From a virus, in IMG/VR virus record IMGVR_UViG_2513237163_000001, positions 3,708 to 67,707 of that record: a DNA stretch of 64,000 nt. The stretch is one strand, 5' to 3'. Position numbers and translations under genes: made by a program. Under the pieces are notes generated by a model. It ran no database searches and was not told where the DNA came from. It worked only from the letters and a program-made list of their open reading frames with translations. This document shows, piece after piece, positions 1 to 10,715 of this stretch (position 1 is the first letter of the stretch; every line of letters starts with the position of its first letter).

Positions 1-3000
1 AACTTCGCGGCCTGGCGCAGGTTCATGCCCTTCGGCGCGACTTGCAGCTTGGATGCCTTGGCGAGGCGGCCCATTTCCGAGATAGCTAGGTCGTCCAGCG
101 ACTTGTCGACCGCGGCGCGGAACTCGCGGTAGAGGTCGATCTGCTCTTTGGTCAGGCCGAACTCGCGGCGCAGCGCATCATCGGAGTAGATCGTCTCGTT
201 CAGGGTTCCGTCGAAGATCGGCTTGGCAATCGCCTTGGCGTCGGCGGCGTCGCGTCGCACGGTGAACAACCCCTTGAATGCCTCGCGGGCGGTTTCGAGC
301 TTCGGTAGCAGGCCCTCGGCGCGGTCTGCTGCCTCGGAGGCATAGCGCGCCACGTCATCGATGTACTGCTGGGCGAGGTTGAAGACCTTGCCGAACCCTT
401 CCGGGTCGACCTGGGCCTTGTGGTACTGGGTGCCCACCGTCTTGTGCCACCAGCGGTTGAAGGTGCGTTGGCTGGTGAAGGTGTCGGATACCTGCTGGCG
501 CACGCGGTCGCGCAGGTTGGCCATAGCGTCTTGGTCGCCGGTGGCGGCAGCGCGGAACAGGGTCGGCTCATCGCCCGCCGGCTCGGCGCGGAAGCGGATG
601 TCCGGATTGGCGGGATCGAAGTTGCCATTGTTGCCGGTGGCGCTCTTGATCTGCTCGGGGCGGAAGGCAACCCATGCGTCCGCACCATACTCATCGCCGC
701 CCATCTGCTCGCCGAGGCTTTCATCGCCGCGGATCAAGATGCCATCGTGGCCGTCTTTGATGGCCCGGTCGCGGAAGGTGGCCGCCGACTCGTCACCGCG
801 CACGAAGCGCGCCGCGAACTCGCGCGCGCCGATCTCGACCGGGTTGGCGATAGACGCATAGACCGGCATCACGTTGCCGCCGGGCTTGTAGCCCATGCGA
901 ACGGGCCAAGTGGTCTGGTCGGGCTCTTGGCCGGCGAACAGAGCGGCCACCTGCGGCGACTCCGTCATGAAGATGCCAAGATCCGACGAACGATGGCCGG
1001 AGCCCTCGCGCGCTCGCCCGGTATCGAATTGCGAGAAATCGCGTTGGGTGCCGTGATACATCACCTTCGGCGAGCCGTCCGGATTTACCACCTTGCTATC
1101 GCCAAACCAGCGCCTGAAGGCCGCATCTTGCGTGGTGCCGCGGAATGCCGGGGCCGGCTGCCCACCGCGCGGGCTACCCTCCGGCCCACCGTTCTCCAGC
1201 CCCTTGCGGGCGGTGCGGATCAGGTGCGCCAGATCGGCGTCGTTGTACTCGGCCAGTTGGGTGAGCCCCAGCCGGCGCAGCGCGTCGCGGATCGCACCCA
1301 CGAATTCCTTCCAGCGCTGGCGCAGCGTCGGCTTTTCCTGAGCGATATGGGCGATCAACTCCTCGGACAGCAGGGCCTTGATGACTTCGTCGCCGTAGCG
1401 CGCCGGGTCGGCCTTCTGCGCCCGCACCATGCCGTCGATATAGCCCTCGAAGGTGTCACCAAAGCCGTATTGCTCGGCGATCGCGCGCAGCCCCTTGATG
1501 CCGCCCAGTTGGGCGAACAGCTTGTTCATGCGCCGGCCGACCTCGGCGCCCAGCAGTTGGCGGATACCGAAGTGCCCGACGAGTTCATGCAGCGCCGTCG
1601 TTTCGAGGTCTTCGAGGGTAGAATGGTTCGACAGGACTACATAGAGCTTGCCACCATGGAACGCGCCTTTCACGCCCTTCGGATTCAAGCCCGCCGCGCG
1701 CGCGTCGCGTTGCAGCGCATCGGGCAGATCTTCAAAAGACGCCGCGATCTCGACGCCGGGCATCTTGGCGAAGCCGGCGCGCAGGCGAGCAAACAGGTTG
1801 TCTGCGTCCGCACCGGAGACACGCGGTTCATTGTTGACGCTGGCGCCGCCGGCCGCGTTGATCCCGCCGTCCTGCCCGACTTCCTCCGGCGTTGACCGGA
1901 ACATGGCCACATTGCCGTCATCCGTCTCGCGCGTCTCGACCGTATCGAAGAAATGGTCGAAGCCCGCGCGGATCGCCGGGATTTCGCCGGCCGTTGGGTA
2001 CGGATACGCACCCTCGCGCGCGAATGCGTCTTCGCTGACGATGTTGGCCAGATAGTCGTTCGCGGCGCCCTGGTCCGCCAGCTTGGCAATGACATAGCTC
2101 TCGAACGCTCGCGCGGACATTTCTTCCGGCGTGGTCCAGTAAGCCTTTGAGCGCAGCTTGTCGAGTTCGCGCGAGCGCTCCCGCAGGGCTGTGTCGCTGA
2201 TGGCACGATTGACTCCGGCAAAGGCCGCGCGCATTTCCTCGCGCACACCCTCCCCGCCCTTCTGGTCGGCCGTCATCATGCCCAGGCGGTCGCCGCGCAT
2301 ACGGGAGAAGTAGCTGTCGAGCGAATGCCACCACTCATGCGCCAGCGAGCCGGCGCCGCTGCCCTTGGTCAGGTTGATGACCACGTTACCGCGCTCGTAG
2401 TGGGCGCTGCTCGGGTTCTTGCCACCGCTGCCACGTGCCCCGAAAGCGAGGCCAAGCTCGCCGTTCAGCGAGAGCGCGCGCGGCGGCACGTCCAGCACGC
2501 CGGCCAGGTCCATGAGCGCGTCATAGGCGTTGTTCAGGTCTTGCTGGCGGCGGGCGCCTTCGACGTAGTTGCCGAACTGCACGCCACGGAAGCCAAAGGA
2601 CTCCGCGAAGCGCTCGGGCGTCACGTCGGCGCCGTCGCGGTGGTCGCCGCCGACGCGCGGGGCGTTCTCAGCGTTGCGCACGTCTGGCGTTTCCTTCAGC
2701 TTGGCCAGCCTTTCCTCAAGCTCAGCTTGGTGCTCGGCGAGGTATGCACGCGCCTCCTGGGCCGTGGACAGGCCGGTATGCAGGCGCACCACCTCCTTGC
2801 CGATCTTCTTGCCGATGAAGAAACCTTTCTGGCCGCGGGTGGAGTAGATGGCGAAGCTGACCGCTCGCTTCTGCGGCTCCTCGTCCACCTTGGCCAGCGC
2901 CGCCTGCCTGAAGGCCTCGATTGCCTCTTCCTTGGTGTCACCCATGGCCAGCATGCGCGGCCAGTTGCCGAAGGCAGTAGCCTTGGCCTCTCGGTTGACA

Positions 3001-6000
3001 CTCCAGATCGTCTTTGCCGGGTCGTAGTGCTTGCCCTCAAAGATGCTGTAATGGCCAGCGCTGAGGGTCAGGCCCTTGAGCGACTTGGCGTGGCCGACGG
3101 CCAGATACAGATCGATGTTGTTCAGGATGTCACCGAGCCCATTCTGGCGGCGCGAGCCTTCCATGAACTCGCGGACAGCCTCCGGCTTGACGGTACCGGC
3201 AAGCAAATCCTCGGCGAACGCGCGCAGCGTCTCGACCTTCGAGACCCAACCGGACAGCTTCCAGCCTTTCTGCGGCTTGGTCGGGATAGCATCACGCGCA
3301 GCCCGAGCGAACGCAACCGCCCACGGATCGGCGCCGCCATCCAGCAGCTTGTTGTAGTCCGGATCGGGCCACGTCTTTGACAGCGGGTGCGCGGCGACAT
3401 CAAGGCCGTGCGCTTCCTTCATGGCGTCGGCGTAGGCTTGGGCGTAGTGCTTGCGGGCACCGGTCAGCACCTCGCCAAAGTCTTCGATCTTGCCTGGCTG
3501 GGGAGCGCGTGAGCCGTCGACAGCGGCGGGCTCAGGCTCCTCTTTGGCGGAAACCGGCTCCGGCTCGGTGGTAGCCGACGCGTCGGTGGATTGCGGTTCC
3601 GTGGACACACCCTCCGGCGCCGGCTCATCTCCCGCGGACTCTTGCGCGCGCCCGGCCTCCTTGGCCATCTGCTCGGCCCGGACCTCGGAATACGGGCGGT
3701 TGCCGTCCGGCTCGTGCTGGGCCAGATAGTCGCGCGCCGGCTGCAACTCGCCTTCGCCCAGCGCATCGAGCGCAGCTTGACCGGCATCGCGCGGCGCGCC
3801 AGCTTCGGCCAATCGCGTCACTTCCTTAGCCAAGAATGCGGCAGCCAGGCGCTGCGGCTCGCCGTCGACGTTGGAGCTTTGCAGCGGCTTGGGCTGGCGC
3901 AGCGGCTCGGCTGCGGTCTGCGCAGTGCCTGCCTCAGCCTTTGGCCTTACACTTTCCTCCGGCGTCGATTCCACTTGTTGCGGCGCGCCATCCTCGTCGA
4001 TTTCCTTGTCTGGCGCGGCCCTCAGGGTAGGTGATTCAACTTCCTGCGAGACGTCGCTCGACTTATTCGACTTCTGACGGATCTCGAACCGCTTCGTCCC
4101 GGCCGGGTTCACCACCTCATGGGTGTCGCTCAGGCCGTTCTCGGTAATGTGGCGCTCGGCGCGTGCCTTGGTGCCGTACCACTTGAGCGGCTTTTCGCTC
4201 AGTGCCGGCTGACCGTCGGCGGCGTCGCCTGCAGCAGGTACGCCGCTATCACCAGGTCGTACAGCCTCTCCGGCGGCATCGTCTGCGTCAGCAGTGCCTT
4301 GCGCAGCGTCTTCATGCTCCGCACCGGAATCTTCGTTACTCTCGACAGATGCTCCAGCGCCGCTATCGGTTCCACTTCCCACGCGAGATTCATTCGGTTG
4401 CTCCTGAATGCCGGTGACTTGCGGTGCCGGGGCAGCGCCGCTCTTGTCGCGCGAGGCGACGATGGCCTTGGCGATCTTCTCCGCACCACGCTTTTCGATC
4501 AGTTCGCGGGCAGCCTCGATGGTTGCCTCGGCCGTGGGCCCGTGCATCAGCGCCAAGCCGCTCGATACCTCGGAAAGCGTGTAGCGCGCTTCCGGGGCCG
4601 GGTTGTCCTTGAGCGACTCATGGACGATGAAATCGAAGTCCGGCAGCAGATCCTTGAGTTCAGTGACCGCGCGCGGGTGCTTGTCGGCAGGGATCGGCTG
4701 GAAGCCTTCCTCGGGGCCGCCGTAGAAGAAATACGTGGTCGCGGCCGGCGCCTCGGGCTCGTCCTGCGCCACCTCGGCCGGATTCACCGTCGCAGCACCC
4801 TCACCTGCGCGAATCGCCTTCGGGTCGATGGGCTGCTTGGTGTTGCCGTCCTTGAGCCAGGTCTTGAACTCGCCGATGGGCATTTCCGTGATGGCGCCCA
4901 AGCCCTGCCAGCCGTCCTCATAGCCGTCCAGATAGCCCTTGCGCGCGGCGGCCTCGGTGGTAAATCCGAGAAGGGCTTTATGCTCATCGAAGGCGCCGGT
5001 CTTCGGGTCGATCTGGTCGACTACGTAGACCTTCTTGCTCGTGGCGTCCGGGCCGATGAAGACGTCTACCGGGTCTTTGTCCGCCCCGTCGGTGCCCTCC
5101 ACATAGCCGTAGTGGTGCACCATAGTCGATTCCCAGGCGTTGCCGTCCGGATCGACGCCGCTGCGCGTGGCGCCCTTGGGGTTCTCGATGGCGATCGGCA
5201 GGCCGTGGAACTTGATGCGGGCCTTCTTGTAGTTGCCGTTTTCCTTCTGCGCCTCGGTCGGCTCGGTGTTCGTCTCGGCGGCTGCCGTGCTGACCTTTTT
5301 GGCCAACTCGTTCCGCGCGATCTGCATCTCGGCGGGCGTCAGGCGGCGAGCCTCGCCGGTCTCGGGATTGACCAGGTACGTGCCGTCGGCGCGTTTCTCC
5401 ACGGTCTGGCCGGCGGCGATCGCGGCGCGGATGGCCTCGCGGCGCTGGGCGAAGTCGCTCGGCTGTGCCGGTGCGGCCGGCGCGCGGGCGGGCGCGTAGG
5501 GGTCAAGCTCGTTCGGCGTGGAGGGGATAGCCTCGGGCGGAGCCATCAGGGCCTCGCGCAGGCCTTGGAAGCGGTCGATCTTGGCCAGTTCGTCCGCCGT
5601 CGGCGCGGTGTCACGGAATCCGGCGCGCGCCAGCTCGGCGGCGAAGCGCGGTTCGTGGTTCTCGACAGCCGGATCGGCCAGCACATCCGACAGGATGCGG
5701 GCGCGGTCCTGGCGCGAGCGCTCAGCGCGGTTGTGCTCGATGGCCTGCTGGATCTCGGCCAGACGTGCGGAGCCTTCGCGCTCGCGCATGGAGTCCTGGA
5801 ACAGCGTGCGCGCCTGGCTCTCCAGTGCGGCGAGGCTCCGGTCAATCTGGTCCGTCTTCACCAGGTCGGAGAATTCCTGCTCATAGCGGGCACGCTCGGC
5901 CATGTCGGCGGGCGCGGGCAGGCGGGCAGCGGGACGGCCCGGCAGGCGCGGCGCGGGCGGCGGCACTTCGCGCACCTCGCCCTCGATGGTGTTCAGGTCT

Positions 6001-7988
6001 TCATTCGGCAGGCCGGGGCCGGCGGCGCGCTGCTTCGGTGCCCGGGTCGGAACGAGCGCCCCACCCCCGCCAGCATCATCGCCGCCGCCCGGCGGCATGG
6101 TGAAGTTGCCCGCGCCGGAGAAAATGGATTCAAGCTGCGTCAGCGCCTGCTCGCGCAGGTCCGCGCGCGCTTCCGGATTGGTGGCCACCGTCAGCGCATA
6201 GAGCGCCTCATCGCGCAGAGTCGGATCCTTGCCCTGCATGAAGGTCGGGAAAGCCTCGCGGATCTTGTCGATGCGCGCGGTGAACGGGTCGACTTCCTCG
6301 GCGGGCTGCGCCGCAGCGCCCGGCGGCACCACACCATCCGCCGGCGGCACTGCACCCGGAGCCTCTGCGCCGGGCGCCACGCCGGGGACTACCGTCGGCT
6401 GGGCCGGTGCATGGCCGGCCGCGCGCGACAAGACGCCGCCTGCACCACCCATCGGACCGCCCACCATGGCGCCGCCGGCGAAGTTGCCGAACGAGCCGCG
6501 CGTCACATCCTGACCCACCGGTCGGCCAAGGGCAAAGTTCTCGCCCATGGCCTGGCCCACGCCTTCAGAGACTTCCTGCCCGCCCTCACCCACCGCGCCA
6601 GCCGTCGCGCCGACCACGCCGCGCACGGTCGGGCGCTTGCTGATACTGCCCAGCACGGCAGACACGCCCTTGTGTGCGATCAGGTCTTCGATGATCTTGG
6701 CATTGAAGGCGCCACCGGCGGCGCCCATCAGGCCGGCGCCCATGCCGGCGTACTGCGCTGCGGCGTTCTCCACGGCGTTGCGTGCCGTGCGCGCGTCGCC
6801 GGTCTTGTCGAAGGCCTCACGGTAAATCGGCACATCGGCCATGAGCTGGTCATGGGTCATCTTGCTGAGCGTCTGGCCGACGTTCTGGCGTGCATCCGAT
6901 GCGGCATTGCCGCCGGTCATCAGGCCACCGGTGGCAGCGCCGGTCACCTTGGCGGCAGCCGACGCAGCAGCAGCACCCGCGGCATCCCCTGCGGCGGCGA
7001 GGCGCGCGGCACGTGCGGCCGGGCCGAGCGCGGGCAGGATGCTGGGCGCCAGCGAGCCCAATCCGTTCGCCGCGGTCATCAGCCAGCCGGACACGCTGTC
7101 CGGCGCCTTCCACGTTTCCGGCTTCATCAGGTCGCCGTCGAATCCATCCTGACGCGCCAGCTTGCCGCCCTCAGTCATGCCGCTGCGCAGCGCCGCGGCC
7201 GGCTTCGTGAGCGGGTTGAAGCCCGCGTAGTCCTCGGTGCCAGTGAGGTGGTTGGCCGCGGCTGCCGCCACCTCACCGGCGCCGCCGAGCATGTCGCCCA
7301 GGCCGGACACAGCCGAGGCGCCGAACTCGCGCGCCAAGTCGCCCACCGTTGCGCCAGCCGCGCGCGCGGCGTCCGTGCGACGGGTATCTCGCTCGAAGTC
7401 CGCCGGCGAGGCGCCGGGCTGCTCGGCAGGATTGAAGTAGCTGACCGATGCTGGGCGCTCCTTGGGCGGGTTCAGCGTGCCGCGGATGCGCTTGACGGCC
7501 TCAGCCGCTGCGACCATCTTGTCGACGTATGCTGGATCTTCCGCATAGCCGCCCGCCTTGAGCGCCGTGGCGAACCGACGCGGATCGGAGCCGGAGCCGA
7601 TGGCGCCGGGATACTTGCGCCCGATCAGGCCGGTATAGTCGTTGCCGAAGTCATCCAGGCTGGCGTACTGGCGGTACCGGTCACGGCTGCCGGTCATGTT
7701 GTCCGTTGCCGCAGCGCCCTTGCCCGAAAAGTCCTTGATGTTCCCGAGATTGTTCGTGCCCGGGATGACGCTCTTGCCCCAGCCGGTTTCCAGCCCCCAC
7801 TGCCCGATCAGCGCATCGGGATCGACATCCAGATCGGCGCCGACGCGCTCGGCCAGAGCGCTGTTGTCGCGGATGAAGTTCGAGCGGGCGTCGCCGTCGG
7901 ATTGGGTGCCGGCCGGCGCGGAGGCGGGCGCAGCCCCACCCAACGCGCGGAGTTGATCGAGGAAATTACCGTTGGAGGCTTGGTCCAT
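1..7988 (-). CDS. Giant polyvalent internal-virion/ejection protein (partial, >2660 aa, runs off window start)
   Basis: ATG at 7988 (MDQASNGNFLDQL). Frame spot-checked as the same at 5279 and 1139; it is absent from the ORF track because its stop lies outside the window. Motifs in order: GH73/FlgJ-like muramidase (LIGQWGLETGWG..NNLGNIK..YAEDPAY), Gly/Ala-rich hydrophobic region, InPase (PTEAQKENGNYKK..IAIENPKG..YGYVEGTDGADKDPVDVF), LPD5-like (VWPDPDY), FGFRGVQFGNY..HEWWHSLD and LPD1-like (YWTTPEEMSARAFE), zincin HELVGH, ART-PolyVal (MYHGT..GIFMT..GHDGILI..EQIKSATGNNGNFD). Confidence 0.85.
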   Translation of the reverse strand, partial: MDQASNGNFLDQLRALGGAAPASAPAGTQSDGDARSNFIRDNSALAERVGADLDVDPDALIGQWGLETGWGKSVIPGTNNLGNIKDFSGKGAAATDNMTGSRDRYRQYASLDDFGNDYTGLIGRKYPGAIGSGSDPRRFATALKAGGYAEDPAYVDKMVAAAEAVKRIRGTLNPPKERPASVSYFNPAEQPGASPADFERDTRRTDAARAAGATVGDLAREFGASAVSGLGDMLGGAGEVAAAAANHLTGTEDYAGFNPLTKPAAALRSGMTEGGKLARQDGFDGDLMKPETWKAPDSVSGWLMTAANGLGSLAPSILPALGPAARAARLAAAGDAAGAAAASAAAKVTGAATGGLMTGGNAASDARQNVGQTLSKMTHDQLMADVPIYREAFDKTGDARTARNAVENAAAQYAGMGAGLMGAAGGAFNAKIIEDLIAHKGVSAVLGSISKRPTVRGVVGATAGAVGEGGQEVSEGVGQAMGENFALGRPVGQDVTRGSFGNFAGGAMVGGPMGGAGGVLSRAAGHAPAQPTVVPGVAPGAEAPGAVPPADGVVPPGAAAQPAEEVDPFTARIDKIREAFPTFMQGKDPTLRDEALYALTVATNPEARADLREQALTQLESIFSGAGNFTMPPGGGDDAGGGGALVPTRAPKQRAAGPGLPNEDLNTIEGEVREVPPPAPRLPGRPAARLPAPADMAERARYEQEFSDLVKTDQIDRSLAALESQARTLFQDSMREREGSARLAEIQQAIEHNRAERSRQDRARILSDVLADPAVENHEPRFAAELARAGFRDTAPTADELAKIDRFQGLREALMAPPEAIPSTPNELDPYAPARAPAAPAQPSDFAQRREAIRAAIAAGQTVEKRADGTYLVNPETGEARRLTPAEMQIARNELAKKVSTAAAETNTEPTEAQKENGNYKKARIKFHGLPIAIENPKGATRSGVDPDGNAWESTMVHHYGYVEGTDGADKDPVDVFIGPDATSKKVYVVDQIDPKTGAFDEHKALLGFTTEAAARKGYLDGYEDGWQGLGAITEMPIGEFKTWLKDGNTKQPIDPKAIRAGEGAATVNPAEVAQDEPEAPAATTYFFYGGPEEGFQPIPADKHPRAVTELKDLLPDFDFIVHESLKDNPAPEARYTLSEVSSGLALMHGPTAEATIEAARELIEKRGAEKIAKAIVASRDKSGAAPAPQVTGIQEQPNESRVGSGTDSGAGASVESNEDSGAEHEDAAQGTADADDAAGEAVRPGDSGVPAAGDAADGQPALSEKPLKWYGTKARAERHITENGLSDTHEVVNPAGTKRFEIRQKSNKSSDVSQEVESPTLRAAPDKEIDEDGAPQQVESTPEESVRPKAEAGTAQTAAEPLRQPKPLQSSNVDGEPQRLAAAFLAKEVTRLAEAGAPRDAGQAALDALGEGELQPARDYLAQHEPDGNRPYSEVRAEQMAKEAGRAQESAGDEPAPEGVSTEPQSTDASATTEPEPVSAKEEPEPAAVDGSRAPQPGKIEDFGEVLTGARKHYAQAYADAMKEAHGLDVAAHPLSKTWPDPDYNKLLDGGADPWAVAFARAARDAIPTKPQKGWKLSGWVSKVETLRAFAEDLLAGTVKPEAVREFMEGSRRQNGLGDILNNIDLYLAVGHAKSLKGLTLSAGHYSIFEGKHYDPAKTIWSVNREAKATAFGNWPRMLAMGDTKEEAIEAFRQAALAKVDEEPQKRAVSFAIYSTRGQKGFFIGKKIGKEVVRLHTGLSTAQEARAYLAEHQAELEERLAKLKETPDVRNAENAPRVGGDHRDGADVTPERFAESFGFRGVQFGNYVEGARRQQDLNNAYDALMDLAGVLDVPPRALSLNGELGLAFGARGSGGKNPSSAHYERGNVVINLTKGSGAGSLAHEWWHSLDSYFSRMRGDRLGMMTADQKGGEGVREEMRAAFAGVNRAISDTALRERSRELDKLRSKAYWTTPEEMSARAFESYVIAKLADQGAANDYLANIVSEDAFAREGAYPYPTAGEIPAIRAGFDHFFDTVETRETDDGNVAMFRSTPEEVGQDGGINAAGGASVNNEPRVSGADADNLFARLRAGFAKMPGVEIAASFEDLPDALQRDARAAGLNPKGVKGAFHGGKLYVVLSNHSTLEDLETTALHELVGHFGIRQLLGAEVGRRMNKLFAQLGGIKGLRAIAEQYGFGDTFEGYIDGMVRAQKADPARYGDEVIKALLSEELIAHIAQEKPTLRQRWKEFVGAIRDALRRLGLTQLAEYNDADLAHLIRTARKGLENGGPEGSPRGGQPAPAFRGTTQDAAFRRWFGDSKVVNPDGSPKVMYHGTQRDFSQFDTGRAREGSGHRSSDLGIFMTESPQVAALFAGQEPDQTTWPVRMGYKPGGNVMPVYASIANPVEIGAREFAARFVRGDESAATFRDRAIKDGHDGILIRGDESLGEQMGGDEYGADAWVAFRPEQIKSATGNNGNFDPANPDIRFRAEPAGDEPTLFRAAATGDQDAMANLRDRVRQQVSDTFTSQRTFNRWWHKTVGTQYHKAQVDPEGFGKVFNLAQQYIDDVARYASEAADRAEGLLPKLETAREAFKGLFTVRRDAADAKAIAKPIFDGTLNETIYSDDALRREFGLTKEQIDLYREFRAAVDKSLDDLAISEMGRLAKASKLQVAPKGMNLRQAAK

Positions 7989-8006
7989 ATTGGTCTTTGT
8001 GTGCGG

Positions 8007-10367
8007 TCAGATACGGCGGCCGGTGTAGATTTCGATCGCTCGGCGATCGTCGGGAGTGAGCTTGCTCAAGTAGCTGGGGTCGGCCTTGACGATCTGCGCC
8101 AGGGTCTCAGCGGCCTGCGGTTGCTGGCCACTCCGGAAGGCCTGCAGGGAGCGGGTAAAGTTGCTGCTGCGCAGCGACCTACCGTAGTCGCCGACGGCGC
8201 TGGCGACGGACGAGGCTGCGCCCTTGACCTGATCCCACACCGGTCGGCCAGGCTCCTCGATGCCATATTTCTTGGCTGACTCCAGTTCCTGCGCGGTGTA
8301 CTGGGGGGCGGCATTTCCAGCGGGGGCCGGCGCAGGCGCGGGGGCAGCGGACTTCGGTGTTGCCGCATCCGCCCCGTACTTATTGACCATATTCATGACC
8401 TGCAGGCTGCGCTGCGAGAGTTGGTCGCCACCAGCCGCTGCGGTGCGCACTTGGTCGACGGCTGCCTTGTTGCCGGCGTTCTGCGAAAGGGTCCGGAACA
8501 AGTCGGGGTTCGTCTTGGCGAAGTTCTGCATGAACCCAGTTTCCTGCTGCTTGATCCAGGCGTCATCGATGCCGCCCACCACCTTGCCGTCCTTGTCCTT
8601 GCGGATGAGGCCGGCGGGATTGACATTGCGCTGCAGGTAGTAGGTGTTGCCGTCCTCGTCGCGCGCACCGATGTCCCACGTGCCATCGGCGCTGAGAATC
8701 GGCAGCCGGCGATAGTTGGCCTGGCCGGACACCGGGATTTCCTCGCCGGCATCCGCTCGAGCGATGCCGCGGGCCATCGTCGCGGCCATGGCGCGGCCGC
8801 CCTCGGTCTGCGCCAGTTGCGGGTTGTTCTCCACGATCTGGTTGGCGTAGGTGTAGGCCGATGGGCCCCACGGCGCCACGGCGCCATCCACAGTGGCGTA
8901 ATTCTTGAAGAAGTCGTCTTGCTTGAACGGCGTGGCCTCGCCCTTGCCGCCGCGCGAGCCCGAACCAGATCCCGAGCCGCCCTGCCCGCGCATCAGCGCG
9001 GTAAGCATACGGTCCTCGCGCGCAGCAGCGGCGGCCCGGTCTCGCATGTTGTTGTTCCGCGTGACCTCGTCCAGTTGCGCCTGGCGCTGACGGTCCATCA
9101 TCCACATGCGCGTGAGCTGGTTGTCTTCCTTGCCCTGGTTGGTCAGCCACGTCGTCAGCAGCTTCGGATCGGACGCGGCAATCATGGCGCCCGCGGCCTC
9201 GCGCTCATCTTTGAACACGCGCGGCTGGCCGTAGACCGCCCCGGTCTTGTCGTTGACCATGGACAGCTTGATGCCGCCGCCGGTGCCGTCCGAATTCGTC
9301 GGCAACACCTCACGCTTGACCGAGTGCCCGTCAGGCAGCAGGTTGTAGATGTGATAGATGTCGTCGTAGTTGCCGTTCATGTAGGCGTTCATCGCCGCGC
9401 TGGAGTACTTGCGCGCGATCACGTCGGCCATCGCCTTGTTGGCTTCGTCGGCAAGGCCCAGGCTCGCTGCCTTCTCGATGTACTTGCGCTGGTAGTCGTC
9501 AAGGCTGAACTTGCGCGGCGCTAGCTCGGCAGGCTCTGCGGAGGCAGGCGCTGCGGCCTGACTCGGCACGGGCGTGGGGGCAAGCTCAGCCGGCGCGGCG
9601 GCTTGGCTCGGCGCGGGCGCACCACTGCCAGCAGCGGGCACATACATGCGCGCCTGGTCCTCATGCAGCTTGTCCGCGTAGGCCGTCGCACGCTCGGGGG
9701 TATCGAACACGCCAAGGTGCTTGCCGGTGCGCTGGAACTGCTGGATGGCCTCCTCATCTGACAAGATGCGGCTGCCGTCGTCGGCGACGGTCGGAATCAG
9801 GTATTCCTTGCCATCCATGCCCACCGACATCGAGCGAACGGTGCTGATCGAGCCATCGGCATTCTTGACCACCGGCCGCTTGGCGAGGTCGATGTTGCCC
9901 GCCTCCAGCAGCCCGTCATTACCCGCTGCCGGCGCGCCTGCATCCATACTGGTCTTCACCATACGCGGCGCGTTGTCGGCGAAGCGCTCGGGATTCAGCA
10001 AGGCCTCCATGCCTGCGCCGACACCGCGGCCCGGCGCGGGATTGTCGACCTGTGCCGGCATCGCCGCGCGCGTGGCGGCATCCATCGGGCGCGTGTCGGG
10101 CGGCCCGGCGGTCGCCTCATTGAAGGCGTCAGCGTAGGACGTCGGCGCCGAAGGTCCGGCCGCGGGCGCGGGCGCAGCCACTGGGGCCGGCGCAGCAGCC
10201 GGGGCCGGCGCGCTCTCGCCTGGCGCCGCGTCCTGTGCCATTTGATCCGCCGACCACTTCGCCAGTTCTTCTTGCCGACGGCGCTTTTCGCTCTCCTGAT
10301 ACTGCTGGGCAAAGTCCGCACCAGCGCCCATGCCCTGAAGGAAGCCCGTACCGAATCCGCCTGCCAT
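8007..10367 (-). CDS. Internal virion / DNA-ejection protein (786 aa)
   Basis: Start refined to [13 protein letters not shown] (ATG 10367, GAGGGG SD). Pro/Ala-rich linkers; position between pilot protein and giant polyvalent protein. Confidence 0.7.
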   Translation of the reverse strand: MAGGFGTGFLQGMGAGADFAQQYQESEKRRRQEELAKWSADQMAQDAAPGESAPAPAAAPAPVAAPAPAAGPSAPTSYADAFNEATAGPPDTRPMDAATRAAMPAQVDNPAPGRGVGAGMEALLNPERFADNAPRMVKTSMDAGAPAAGNDGLLEAGNIDLAKRPVVKNADGSISTVRSMSVGMDGKEYLIPTVADDGSRILSDEEAIQQFQRTGKHLGVFDTPERATAYADKLHEDQARMYVPAAGSGAPAPSQAAAPAELAPTPVPSQAAAPASAEPAELAPRKFSLDDYQRKYIEKAASLGLADEANKAMADVIARKYSSAAMNAYMNGNYDDIYHIYNLLPDGHSVKREVLPTNSDGTGGGIKLSMVNDKTGAVYGQPRVFKDEREAAGAMIAASDPKLLTTWLTNQGKEDNQLTRMWMMDRQRQAQLDEVTRNNNMRDRAAAAAREDRMLTALMRGQGGSGSGSGSRGGKGEATPFKQDDFFKNYATVDGAVAPWGPSAYTYANQIVENNPQLAQTEGGRAMAATMARGIARADAGEEIPVSGQANYRRLPILSADGTWDIGARDEDGNTYYLQRNVNPAGLIRKDKDGKVVGGIDDAWIKQQETGFMQNFAKTNPDLFRTLSQNAGNKAAVDQVRTAAAGGDQLSQRSLQVMNMVNKYGADAATPKSAAPAPAPAPAGNAAPQYTAQELESAKKYGIEEPGRPVWDQVKGAASSVASAVGDYGRSLRSSNFTRSLQAFRSGQQPQAAETLAQIVKADPSYLSKLTPDDRRAIEIYTGRRI

Positions 10368-10368
10368 A

Positions 10369-10713
10369 TCAAGCCCCCTCAAGGAATTGGAATCCGGTGC
10401 CGAAGCCAGCATCGGTCGACGCGCTCATCGGCGCCGGAGCGTCTGGCGCCGCGGTCTCGGGCGCAGGAACAGCCGGTGCTGCGGCCGTCGTCGGGCTGTC
10501 GATCTGCGTGCCCTGCGGGTTGGACATATCGACCTTGCTCACCTGCGGCGTGCTCGCATCACCGGCCTGGCCCTTCATGTAGCCGGCCATCTGCTTGGCC
10601 AAGTCCTGCTGCGCGCGCAGTTTCTGCGCCTCCTGATACTGCTTGGCCAGGCTCATGGAGGCATTCATGCCTTGCAGGAAACCGGTACCGAAGCCACCTG
10701 TGTAAAGAGCCAT
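10369..10713 (-). CDS. Small internal virion protein (114 aa)
   Basis: Start refined to [16 protein letters not shown] (ATG 10713); shares its N-terminus with the downstream protein. Confidence 0.65.
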   Translation of the reverse strand: MALYTGGFGTGFLQGMNASMSLAKQYQEAQKLRAQQDLAKQMAGYMKGQAGDASTPQVSKVDMSNPQGTQIDSPTTAAAPAVPAPETAAPDAPAPMSASTDAGFGTGFQFLEGA

Positions 10714-10715
10714 GG

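Noticed and set aside
4119-8279. 1386-aa plus-strand ORF (also 420-1895, 25072-26949, 31015-34068, 34019-36184)
   Set aside because: Antisense shadows of real minus-strand genes caused by GC-rich codon bias; no motifs or SD sites.
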